Part shown: piece by piece, positions 29,638-38,887 of the stretch
Numbering within the stretch: the stretch's first letter is position 1
How the letters are laid out: each line of letters starts with the position of its first letter
Source of the DNA: a virus
Length of the DNA: 64,000 bases
Virus record (IMG/VR): IMGVR_UViG_3300030419_004148
Location: 11,526-75,525 of that record
Direction: 5' to 3' (one strand)
The notes under the pieces: generated by a model
Told to the model about the DNA's origin: nothing
Database searches by the model: none
Seen by the model: the letters and a program-made list of their open reading frames with translations, nothing else
Position numbers and translations under genes: made by a program

Positions 29638-30297
29638 TTAAATCTCTGTAGCAGCCGTTGCTCCAGTACAAGACACAGCTGTGCCTGATAGTGAAATTAT
29701 TGGCTGTACATAAGAATAAAATTCAATTGTTTCCTCTTGAGCATTATTAGGGTCAAGAGTTTTCGTATATGCAGTAATACAACAATTACGTATTGTTATA
29801 ACTTCAGTGTCTCCTTTTATTTTCAAATGGAGTCTATAACCAAAGTTTACATTTTTTGATGTGGTAAGTCCGTCGTGTATCTTTACATCTCCTCCGGTAT
29901 CTGCACCACTTGTAGCATAAACACCATTACGTGCAGGTGTATTATATAATTGGTCAAAACAGTTGTCAGATATTTTTCTGGTTATTGTGACAACATATTC
30001 TTTTTTGACTTCTGCTGTTAAACCAGTTTTCTTACCCATAAAAGATAATTCTTCAGTGCGGGTACCGGGTGTGAAATCTATACCAGTAACATCAGCAATT
30101 CGGGCTCCCGGGTTCATTGCATAGGTTCTTACAGGGATTACTGAATAATCATCACCATCTCCACCACCAACACCAACTGCTGTACCTGAAAGGGTACCAC
30201 TAACTGCGGTTGCATTTGCAGCTCCACCACTAACTGATATAGTTGGATGTTCAGTCGTCATATAAATGTCACAATCGCTACCTAAGAAATAAGTCAT
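29638..30297 (-). CDS. Tail tube protein paralog 2
   Basis: Paralog of 30302-30925; position in tail module. Confidence 0.7.
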   Translation of the reverse strand: MTYFLGSDCDIYMTTEHPTISVSGGAANATAVSGTLSGTAVGVGGGDGDDYSVIPVRTYAMNPGARIADVTGIDFTPGTRTEELSFMGKKTGLTAEVKKEYVVTITRKISDNCFDQLYNTPARNGVYATSGADTGGDVKIHDGLTTSKNVNFGYRLHLKIKGDTEVITIRNCCITAYTKTLDPNNAQEETIEFYSYVQPIISLSGTAVSCTGATAATEI

Positions 30298-30301
30298 ATT
30301 A

Positions 30302-30925
30302 TTACACCCCCGTCGATGCAGTTACATCTGCTGAGGCTCCCATTATTGGGTCAACTGAACTAGTAAATTCAATTGTCTGTTCTTGTGTGCCGTCTGCATT
30401 TAAAGTAACTGTACTGTTTGTCATTTGACAATTTGGTATGGTTATAACTTCAGATGGGTCTGAACCAGCGTGCAATTTCAAATATAATCTATAACCAAAT
30501 GTCGTAGAAGGTTCTTCTAATCCGCTATATAATGCCGTAGTGGATTTCATTCCCCATCGTCCCATATTTCCATCTGAATCTCCACTGTATAAAACATCAA
30601 AAGTTACATTCTTTCTTTTGAATGTTAATGAACAAGTTGTTAATTTATGTACTTCTGCTTTTAATGGAGTTCTATGACCTAGATAATCGACATCTTCGTC
30701 CATAGCTCCCAGATTTAAATCTATACCTGATATGTCAACTAAGGCATCATCAGGAAATGCTGCGTTAGTCGCTCTTAAGTCGTTAATACCCAAACCGCCA
30801 GTAGGGGTAGCTGCACTTTCAACTTCCAAGTCATAAAGACCTGATGTATCTGAAATCTTAATGCAAGCGCCCGATACTTCAGTCGTGATAGCGACTTCTA
30901 CTTCAGAACCAAGGAAATATGCCAT
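30302..30925 (-). CDS. Major tail tube protein paralog 1
   Basis: Own promoter; MAYFLGSE..FGYRLYLK..QEQTIEF. Confidence 0.7.
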   Translation of the reverse strand: MAYFLGSEVEVAITTEVSGACIKISDTSGLYDLEVESAATPTGGLGINDLRATNAAFPDDALVDISGIDLNLGAMDEDVDYLGHRTPLKAEVHKLTTCSLTFKRKNVTFDVLYSGDSDGNMGRWGMKSTTALYSGLEEPSTTFGYRLYLKLHAGSDPSEVITIPNCQMTNSTVTLNADGTQEQTIEFTSSVDPIMGASADVTASTGV

Positions 30926-30961
30926 TTTTAAGAACCTCTACATTTATTTACAACTCAATTA

Positions 30962-30977
30962 TATTTAAAGGTTTTGT
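30962..30977 (-). promoter_or_regulatory. BRE-TATA promoter for tail tube genes
   Basis: ACAAAACC-TTTAAATA on the - strand. Confidence 0.6.
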
Positions 30978-30980
30978 TAA

Positions 30981-32729
30981 CTATAGGCTCATTAGAGCTG
31001 TTCTGTAGTCTGTGAACCGTCCTTGCGCTGTCATTAGGGAAGCTTGTCTTTGTAATTGACCGCGTTTAGAAGTAAATACAAATGGCCTTAATTGTACTGG
31101 TGAAGTCCAAGTCCAAGGATTTGTACCGGACTTAACTTTTCTTTGCATCCACGGTTTCCAATTTGTATCATTATCGGCTAACTCTTGTAAATCCTTAGTA
31201 AGAGCTTTTGATTTATTTATCCATTCAGTAGCCCATTGTCTAAAAGCATTATTCTCACTATATTGTGATTGAGGGTCAAAGAAATTTTGCCAAGTACCTT
31301 GATTATAATAAGCACCAAAAGCTTCATTCACTAACGTTGATAAATTACGAGCAAAATCACCTTCTGACATAATATTAACAGAATAAGTAGGCGCATAAAC
31401 ATTTTCTGTAACTCTACTTCCCGGATTTCTCATCCATAATAAACGCTCAGCTTCAGTTTCAGTAAAAGACATCATATCATTACCGTATTGAATCGCACTG
31501 TCAGTATCTAATTTATTCAATAATCTTTTTGTTACAGCTGTAGTAGCTGCCCCTAACATATGATTAGCAGCAGCAGTTCCCATATCAGATTCAACATTGG
31601 GTATCATTCCTCCAGTAAGATGTATTTCATCATTTTTTTGTGCTACTTTTATTAAAACAAGGTCACCAGCAGCAGTTGGTATAGTGTAAGTGTACATTTT
31701 TTCACTCTTAGCTTCCTTTTTAAATCTTCTTTGTGCTTCTCCACGTAATTCTACTTCTTGTTTATTTTTATTATTAATATCTTCTTCCATTGTGCTTACT
31801 ACAGTCATTAAATCAGCAAATCGTGCTTTATTACTCTTTGTTTTATGTTTATTCATATCTATCTTTCTAGTAGCTTCTTTCCATCTATGTTCTAAGGTTT
31901 TTTGAGTAACTTCCGTACCAGCTCCCATATTATTAATAAATGATTCTTTATCAGCAGCACGTGTCATTATATCTTCTTTTCTAAATTTTATATAAGCTTC
32001 TATCATTTCAGACTCAGCAGTCCCTGTTTTAACATCCAATTGTTGAGCTCTCATAGGTGGAAATTTTATTCTACTTATAATTTTCATTATTTCCTTTTCT
32101 TCTGGGTTAGAACTTATAAGCCCTTTTGATTGTGCATTATTTAAATGAGGCGCTAAATATATCAATTGTTCTTCTTTAGACCTTGCAGCAGCACCGTCAG
32201 AACTTCTTATTATTGTTTTATGCGTACTTTTACCTATTTTATTATTACCACTTTGTTTCATCCTACGGAGTAAATCATTCACAGCCATACGTGAAAATCG
32301 TGGTAAATTCATATCTCTTACATATTTTTGATAAAACCTAGCGAATCTTTTTATTGCTTCATCAGCATCTTCTGTTTCTGCCTCCATCCTTCTTTCGAAT
32401 TCCGATGTTCTATAACTCCAAAAATAATGTGCAGCTCTCCAATCTGGGTTATTTCTATGTGATTTAGGCCAATTTTTTGATGTAGTAGACTCAGGTAATT
32501 CACCTCTGTCACTTCTACGTTTAGTAATCCAACTGAATATACGTTTTTTCATATACTCTGGGTCTGTATTATTATTTGGAACAAATTGAGGTTGCCATCT
32601 AAAACTATACTTTTCTTTAGCACTTCCACCGACACGCCTATAAAGATATTTAATACTGTTATTAGCTTTTCTATTATATAATGAAGCTAATCCTATTTGA
32701 ATTAGTCTCTTACCTTTCGGAGTTGCCAT
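30981..32729 (-). CDS. Large basic hypothetical protein in neck/tail module
   Basis: 582-aa ORF; no recognised motif. Confidence 0.7.
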   Translation of the reverse strand: MATPKGKRLIQIGLASLYNRKANNSIKYLYRRVGGSAKEKYSFRWQPQFVPNNNTDPEYMKKRIFSWITKRRSDRGELPESTTSKNWPKSHRNNPDWRAAHYFWSYRTSEFERRMEAETEDADEAIKRFARFYQKYVRDMNLPRFSRMAVNDLLRRMKQSGNNKIGKSTHKTIIRSSDGAAARSKEEQLIYLAPHLNNAQSKGLISSNPEEKEIMKIISRIKFPPMRAQQLDVKTGTAESEMIEAYIKFRKEDIMTRAADKESFINNMGAGTEVTQKTLEHRWKEATRKIDMNKHKTKSNKARFADLMTVVSTMEEDINNKNKQEVELRGEAQRRFKKEAKSEKMYTYTIPTAAGDLVLIKVAQKNDEIHLTGGMIPNVESDMGTAAANHMLGAATTAVTKRLLNKLDTDSAIQYGNDMMSFTETEAERLLWMRNPGSRVTENVYAPTYSVNIMSEGDFARNLSTLVNEAFGAYYNQGTWQNFFDPQSQYSENNAFRQWATEWINKSKALTKDLQELADNDTNWKPWMQRKVKSGTNPWTWTSPVQLRPFVFTSKRGQLQRQASLMTAQGRFTDYRTALMSL

Positions 32730-33209
32730 CTATCTATAATTCTTGAATACTACAGAATAAACGCAACTTGCACCATACAACTCCAGTTCTGGGTCATATC
32801 CTATATCAACCCAATTACCCAGTGTTCTTTCTACTATCTCGGTAGTTGCAGCAGCAAAACTCATATCAGTTATACTATTAGCAACGTTTAATAATAAGTA
32901 ATTCAACAACCTCCTCTGTTTATATGTTTCTGCGGGGTCTCCTATAGACATAGAAGATTCTTTGTCTACAATAATATGAAATGTAAATACTAACCCGACC
33001 AATTCACCAGTTTTTGTTTGACCACCAAAATCAACCTTTTGTCCCATAAATCTATCAAATTCACCAGAACTGGTTAACTCAACTATGATAGCGGGGTAGG
33101 TGGCATCTACAGCCTCAGGGTATTGTCCATAAACTTTAACTCCTGAATGGTTTGTGCGTAACGTATCTATTATTTTTCTTTCAATAATATTAATGTGGTC
33201 GTCTGCCAT
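32730..33209 (-). CDS. Tail terminator-like protein
   Basis: VYGQYP...YPAIIVE pattern, size and position. Confidence 0.6.
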   Translation of the reverse strand: MADDHINIIERKIIDTLRTNHSGVKVYGQYPEAVDATYPAIIVELTSSGEFDRFMGQKVDFGGQTKTGELVGLVFTFHIIVDKESSMSIGDPAETYKQRRLLNYLLLNVANSITDMSFAAATTEIVERTLGNWVDIGYDPELELYGASCVYSVVFKNYR

Positions 33210-33550
33210 TACTTCTTCTTCCTTCTAGTTTTTCTTTTAGTACCTTTACGTTTTCTTGCAGCAGCAGCCTTTCTTCCTTTCTCAGGGTGTAACTTGTTAT
33301 GCTGTGCGGGTGTTACTTTCTTTAAATTAGAACGTTTAGCATTCTTTGCAGTATGCTTACCTTTATTCTTATGATGAACTACTTCGTTTTTACCTGCATT
33401 AGCCTTTCTTCTATAATAGTGTGCAGATTTACCACCTTTCCAAGCACCATTCTGTTTACCAGTACGTGCCATAGGTGATTTCTTATTCCATCGCTTTTTG
33501 CGATTAGCTGATGTATCTTTCCATTTTTTCTTCTTAGTACGACGTGCCAT
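33209..33550 (-). CDS. Highly basic protein with HNH-like core
   Basis: GKQNGAWKGG, VVHHKN..N..SNL..VT..H..H flanked by K/R tails. Confidence 0.65.
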   Translation of the reverse strand: MARRTKKKKWKDTSANRKKRWNKKSPMARTGKQNGAWKGGKSAHYYRRKANAGKNEVVHHKNKGKHTAKNAKRSNLKKVTPAQHNKLHPEKGRKAAAARKRKGTKRKTRRKKK

Positions 33551-34508
33551 AAGCTCTCCTCCTACTGTCTCTCTTACCAGATGTTCTCACACAACTGAGT
33601 GACATATATTCATCATTATAATCATTAATAGAATGTATACTCCATTCTGATGCTTTGTAAAACTTAACATTTCTCAAGTAATAAGTTTTTCCAACAGTTG
33701 CACTTGAAAATATAATTTCAAAATTAGATAATTTTAATGTATCAGTAAAACTTGCACCTGATACAATATTGTTAATACCATATCTAGTGCCATTAATATA
33801 AATGTTACCACTAGTAGGAACCGGAAATCGCGGGACATCAATAGTTGCAAAATCAGGATGTGCAGGAACTTCAAAATCAACGTTATCATAAATAAGACTA
33901 TAATTACTATCTCTCATATAATTATTACCTGAACTAGCATAATATCCAAATCTCCTTATAGTAACTGCGTCGCTACCAGAAGCAGCAATTTGAAATGTAA
34001 GTCTATCTGATTCTAACACATTTAAAGCAGTACTACTAGAATAATTTAAATCACCGTCTGAAATTACTGTTATAGTTTCTCCATCAGAAGTAGGTGCTGG
34101 ACCTATACCAAAATCATTTAACCATCCAGTCGCCCCACTAGTAGGTACTTGTAAGACCGTGCTTTCGTAATCTATTATCTTATCAAACCCTTCAGGTTCA
34201 TAAAAAACTGAGTTACCACTAAAGTTAGGAAAGTTCTTTAATGTTTTTAAGTTAGGTAAATAAATATCTGCCTTTCCTGTAGTATTATGCCCTGCTCGTT
34301 GTTGAACAAAATTTTTATCTGTTTTATTTCTAATGTATGCAGGGACTTGTGGAATTGTAATATCGTGTGCGTCAACACTACCGTCTTCTACTCCATAGTT
34401 ATCTTTACCGAATATTGTCGGTCTATAATATGTAACTTTGCGAGCCTGCCCAGTCTGAAAACTTAGGCGTTTCAAAAGCCCTGACATATTGATTCCTATT
34501 TTGCCCAT
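33534..34508 (-). CDS. Head-closure-like protein with inserted beta-sandwich domain
   Basis: Position after the adaptor; stopper-like N- and C-termini. Confidence 0.5.
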   Translation of the reverse strand: MGKIGINMSGLLKRLSFQTGQARKVTYYRPTIFGKDNYGVEDGSVDAHDITIPQVPAYIRNKTDKNFVQQRAGHNTTGKADIYLPNLKTLKNFPNFSGNSVFYEPEGFDKIIDYESTVLQVPTSGATGWLNDFGIGPAPTSDGETITVISDGDLNYSSSTALNVLESDRLTFQIAASGSDAVTIRRFGYYASSGNNYMRDSNYSLIYDNVDFEVPAHPDFATIDVPRFPVPTSGNIYINGTRYGINNIVSGASFTDTLKLSNFEIIFSSATVGKTYYLRNVKFYKASEWSIHSINDYNDEYMSLSCVRTSGKRDSRRRAYGTSY

Positions 34509-34510
34509 AC

Positions 34511-34975
34511 TTAATCTCCATAATTAATACCACGCGGTTTCTTACGAATATTCTTTGTGCTATCCTCACCAGTAACATTTTTATTCCAGTTAACATTACC
34601 TAGGTGTGGGTCAGCATTATAAGTAGTCCTCTTAATACTTACGCCCAACTGGAATCTTATCATTTCTAATGCAAGGTCTATAAAGTATCTAAATTCCTCA
34701 GAGTTATAATAAACTTCAACATCAGCTAATTTTATTCTATCAATACCTAATCCGTTCTCTACTACAGAACCTAAAAAACAAGTATAATAAACGACAGCTT
34801 GGTCATAAGAATTGTTACCACCTAAAGTATATGTTAATCCAGTTTCTGCTTGAAACCAATCAACTGCCATATTACCAAGAATATCTAAATTAGCATTATC
34901 TAATTCTTCTGAAGATATACCTGATAGTAATCGTACTTTGTTGCGAAAGGTTGCTGTCCAAGTTATATCTGCCAT
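34511..34975 (-). CDS. Head-tail adaptor protein
   Basis: Helical N-terminus (KVRLLSGI..ELD), IKLADVEV.Y; position. Confidence 0.6.
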   Translation of the reverse strand: MADITWTATFRNKVRLLSGISSEELDNANLDILGNMAVDWFQAETGLTYTLGGNNSYDQAVVYYTCFLGSVVENGLGIDRIKLADVEVYYNSEEFRYFIDLALEMIRFQLGVSIKRTTYNADPHLGNVNWNKNVTGEDSTKNIRKKPRGINYGD

Positions 34976-35190
34976 TATACTACTCCCATTAACATTGCGC
35001 CACTACCTGTAGCTGCTGTGACTACTACACCTATCCACCAACGCATATGAGTCTTAATATCATTTTCCCACATCTCGTGGTGATGTAAGTGATTAGTGAA
35101 AAGAGTTTCAAAACTTTCCATTCTATTGAATATAGTCTTTACTCGTTCGTCCATTCGAACCAATAACTCTTCTCGTTCCCAGTCATCCAT
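34975..35190 (-). CDS. Small coiled-coil plus C-terminal TM protein (XhlA/holin-like)
   Basis: LVRMDERVK..NHLHH..WWIGVVVTAA. Confidence 0.5.
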   Translation of the reverse strand: MDDWEREELLVRMDERVKTIFNRMESFETLFTNHLHHHEMWENDIKTHMRWWIGVVVTAATGSGAMLMGVV

Positions 35191-35210
35191 ATTTAAATAT
35201 CACCATCATT

Positions 35211-35227
35211 TATATTAAAGGTTTTGT
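35211..35227 (-). promoter_or_regulatory. BRE-TATA promoter
   Basis: ACAAAACC-TTTAATATA, near-identical to the promoter at 30962. Confidence 0.55.
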
Positions 35228-38200
35228 CTAATCTATTAGTTCCTCCCTATCGAAAGGCGAATCTATATCATCTATTATATCTATCGGTTCATACTCGTGT
35301 GGTGTTGAACCGTCATCGTGTATTGTACCACCATAAGTTGAATCTCTAACCCAAACACCTTGACTATTATCAAAGTCTTGAGTATAGAAATCAGAATTGT
35401 TAACTATACGAACATAACCAGCATTAACTAATGTATGGCACTGTTCGTTATTTGCAGTAGAATCAAAATTAAAGTAAGACCGTTTAGAGCCAGTTGCTAA
35501 AACTTTAACTTCACTTGTTGCTCCTATTGGTGCACCACTTAATTTTGTGTAGTTTAAGTAGTCATTAGCACCACTTGTAGCAATATAGTACTCATCGGTA
35601 CCTTTATGAGCTTTCGAAGCAAACTTTGACCCTGAAATAAGTTCTCTATTTGATAATTCAAAAGTAGAATTACTAAATATTGTTGGGTCTGCCCCAGTTC
35701 CTATGTATAATTTACCTGTATGTGCAGCACCACTCAAAGTATTGGCATTCCAATTACCTGCGGTTGCCCACGCACTTGCATCATTCAAGGTACCAGTATT
35801 TCCAGAACCACTCATATCAGATATACTTGTTCCTTCTCCTTCATTAAATTGATACCATCCACAACATTTTGTATCATCTATACCACTTGCATCAACAGCA
35901 TCCCAGTCGTAAAACATCATTTCTCTAATCTCAGCTGCTGTAAGCGCTGTTTTCCAAAAAGAACCTCTAGCTATATTACCTTCCCAAGGCCAAGATGCTG
36001 AACCTGTATTTAAACTTCCTATAGCAGCCTTAGTTAAATTATAAGCAGTTCCAGATAAAGCCCATTCTTTAAGTAATTTTCCATCTGCATAAGCTTTACC
36101 AGTAGTACCATCCCACGTAAAACACATATGTTGCCATTTGTCTACTACCCAATTATAATCAACATCAGTATAACCTGAGTTTACTGATTCGTGTTTAATC
36201 CTAAATTTATTAGGGCTATTAGAAGATAATATACCTCCCTTTGAACCATCAGTACCAAGCATTGTATTTTCGTGAGGTGCCTCAGAAGGTTTTACCCAAG
36301 CTTCAAGAGTAACAGCGGTAGCCGTAGTCATCCCATCTCCTAAAGCAACATAATCAGTACCATCTAAATCTAATGCAGACGAACTTGTAAAGAATCCACC
36401 ACGCGTATTAAAAGTACCAGTGTTTTGTATTCTAAATGTATTAGTACTACTTGAAAGTAAACCACCATTTGTAATTTTGATAGATTTTAACATCTGTGTT
36501 TCAGATGTAGAACCTATTGGCCTATTACTTGCATTAAATGTTTTACCAACTATTAAATTACTGTTACGGAAAACTGCATCTTGATTGATACGAGCATCTG
36601 CATTCCAGAATACATTTTCCCAACCATTATTCAAATAACCACCATTTGGACTATAATACCCTGTTGAATTCCACCATAGTGTTGCAGAATTACGACCATA
36701 GTTTGTAGCTGCGTTATCTTGTAAATAATTACCTGCACCTTCAAATATAACAGTAGCACCACTAACTATTTCCTTAGTACCATTACCCGGTGCAAAATTA
36801 CCACCGTATTTAACCCACGTTCCACTTGTAACTGTTAAGGTTTGTGTTGTACTATCATTAGTTGTTAAACCACCAGAAAAGTCTACATTACTTAAAACGA
36901 GAGTAGCGTCATCATCAGATGTCTGTGCATCAGTAAAGTCAACATTGTTTAAAGTATTTGTTCTAGTATGGAAATCATATTTAGTACCAGATACTACAGC
37001 AGGGTAAGCTTCAGAAGCTCCTGATACAGTAGCGTTCAGAGCAGCCTTAACCCCCGTTCCTACATTTGTAACCAAATATCCTGTACCAGATGTAGTTCCA
37101 ATTACCCAATTATCTGATGCATCGTAGAAATTTGTAGCCCCTCCACCATCACCAGTAGTAGCCCAAGTGTCTTCTACATTAAAACCAATATGCATATATG
37201 AAAATCCAGTATTTAACTTGTGAAAAGTAGTTCTAGCTGAACCTGTAATCTTAGTGTCACCACCTGAACCATATTCTAGAGTAACAGTTCCATCATTATG
37301 TGTAAATGTATCACTGTTAGAAAAAATAGCAGGAATTCCAGCACTTCCAACTAGAGTAGTTGGTCCGGCATCATACCATCCTTTTGTTCCAATTGTAAGT
37401 GCTCCAAAAGTACCATTTTGAATAGACCTACCTAATTTAGCACCGCTAATTACAGTAGCAGTTCCAGACGCTGTAATATCTCCATCACCACCGTTATAGA
37501 ACCCAACATCCCAAGATGCAGCAGTGCTTCCTCCACCACTTACAATTAAATTATTAGCAATTGTAACTCCATATAAGTGTTGAACAGCACGTGCTGAAGT
37601 AGTATCGTTTTTAACCGTAAGATTGTATAACCATTTACCATTACTTCCAGTATTTATATAACTACCACCATTTGTTGAAGCGTCTAAAACTATAGTACCA
37701 TCATTATGCACAAAAGTACCATTATCTGCTATCTTAAATTTATAACCATCACTTGTTTGATTATTAATCGTTAAAGAACCAGTAGGAGCCTTAAAGTAAT
37801 TACCACCATTAGCCATAGACAAAGCACCAATAGTTTTAGTACCACCTTGTGTAGTATAATCACCCCAATAAGCGTCTTTATCTAAAAAGACAGTGCCACT
37901 TACTGTAATATGATATGTTGAACTATCTATAGAAGCTCCAGACATTAAGCTATAATTGTTAGCTACTTTCATTGTAGTACTACCTACAACTTGAACACCT
38001 AAGTGTCTATCACCAGCGCCTTGGTCACGGAATCCACCACTTACATTATAAAACCAACCTTCATCTCCCCTAGAAGTTTGAGCATCTGAATCAGCAGGTC
38101 TATCTATGTTTTTCCAATTCATATAAGAATCATATTCTGAAGTTTCTCCGGGACCATACACAGTTCCACCACCAAATTGAATGGTTCCATTATTGTGATA

Positions 38201-38887
38201 GTAGGTTCCTAAAGTAGGGTTTTCCCAAACGTAATGGTCACTGTCGTTACCAGCATAAGGACCAGTTAAAGTAATAGTACCACCATTTCCAACAAAAACA
38301 CTATTGGTACCACTAAAAATAACAGTTTTCATAAAAATAGAACCAGAAGAATCCCAATTATTCCAACCGGATTTATTTACATCAGTGACATCTCCAGCTG
38401 AAAAAGTTCCACTAGCTCCTATAAACACGTGCCCAAATTTTGTGTAGTTAGTAACATCAGTATCTCCTATACGAGCTGTACCTGATATAATATGTAACGA
38501 ATTTTCAATAACGGTATAGAAACCTGACGAATCAACTGTATTAATATAAACAGGGTCAGTTCCACGAGGGTTTGAATTTTGATTAATTATAAGATTATAT
38601 AGTTGTCCATCTCTACCTGTAACTTCAGCCGCTGCACCACCAATATCTACTGTGGTTCCACCTCCGTGTGTAATTTTGACAGTACCGTTTTGGTGTTGCC
38701 AATTATCAGAAGAACCACACCAAGAACTTTTAAGGGCAAAATTAGATTTTTCACCCGTTAAAGTTAAAGTCCCATCAGGGAGCCATACCTTTTGTGTGCC
38801 AGCAGAGTGATATTCCAGATAAAGATAATCAGCGGTTACATCCCCACTACCAGAATAAACACCACCAGAAACGTGAATACCTGCCAT
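35228..38887 (-). CDS. Large virion protein: beta-helix-like repeats plus LamG domain
   Basis: Repeated HN.GT; LamG motifs TLEAWVKP, WQHM.FTWDG, WYQFNEG.G. Confidence 0.7.
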   Translation of the reverse strand: MAGIHVSGGVYSGSGDVTADYLYLEYHSAGTQKVWLPDGTLTLTGEKSNFALKSSWCGSSDNWQHQNGTVKITHGGGTTVDIGGAAAEVTGRDGQLYNLIINQNSNPRGTDPVYINTVDSSGFYTVIENSLHIISGTARIGDTDVTNYTKFGHVFIGASGTFSAGDVTDVNKSGWNNWDSSGSIFMKTVIFSGTNSVFVGNGGTITLTGPYAGNDSDHYVWENPTLGTYYHNNGTIQFGGGTVYGPGETSEYDSYMNWKNIDRPADSDAQTSRGDEGWFYNVSGGFRDQGAGDRHLGVQVVGSTTMKVANNYSLMSGASIDSSTYHITVSGTVFLDKDAYWGDYTTQGGTKTIGALSMANGGNYFKAPTGSLTINNQTSDGYKFKIADNGTFVHNDGTIVLDASTNGGSYINTGSNGKWLYNLTVKNDTTSARAVQHLYGVTIANNLIVSGGGSTAASWDVGFYNGGDGDITASGTATVISGAKLGRSIQNGTFGALTIGTKGWYDAGPTTLVGSAGIPAIFSNSDTFTHNDGTVTLEYGSGGDTKITGSARTTFHKLNTGFSYMHIGFNVEDTWATTGDGGGATNFYDASDNWVIGTTSGTGYLVTNVGTGVKAALNATVSGASEAYPAVVSGTKYDFHTRTNTLNNVDFTDAQTSDDDATLVLSNVDFSGGLTTNDSTTQTLTVTSGTWVKYGGNFAPGNGTKEIVSGATVIFEGAGNYLQDNAATNYGRNSATLWWNSTGYYSPNGGYLNNGWENVFWNADARINQDAVFRNSNLIVGKTFNASNRPIGSTSETQMLKSIKITNGGLLSSSTNTFRIQNTGTFNTRGGFFTSSSALDLDGTDYVALGDGMTTATAVTLEAWVKPSEAPHENTMLGTDGSKGGILSSNSPNKFRIKHESVNSGYTDVDYNWVVDKWQHMCFTWDGTTGKAYADGKLLKEWALSGTAYNLTKAAIGSLNTGSASWPWEGNIARGSFWKTALTAAEIREMMFYDWDAVDASGIDDTKCCGWYQFNEGEGTSISDMSGSGNTGTLNDASAWATAGNWNANTLSGAAHTGKLYIGTGADPTIFSNSTFELSNRELISGSKFASKAHKGTDEYYIATSGANDYLNYTKLSGAPIGATSEVKVLATGSKRSYFNFDSTANNEQCHTLVNAGYVRIVNNSDFYTQDFDNSQGVWVRDSTYGGTIHDDGSTPHEYEPIDIIDDIDSPFDREELID

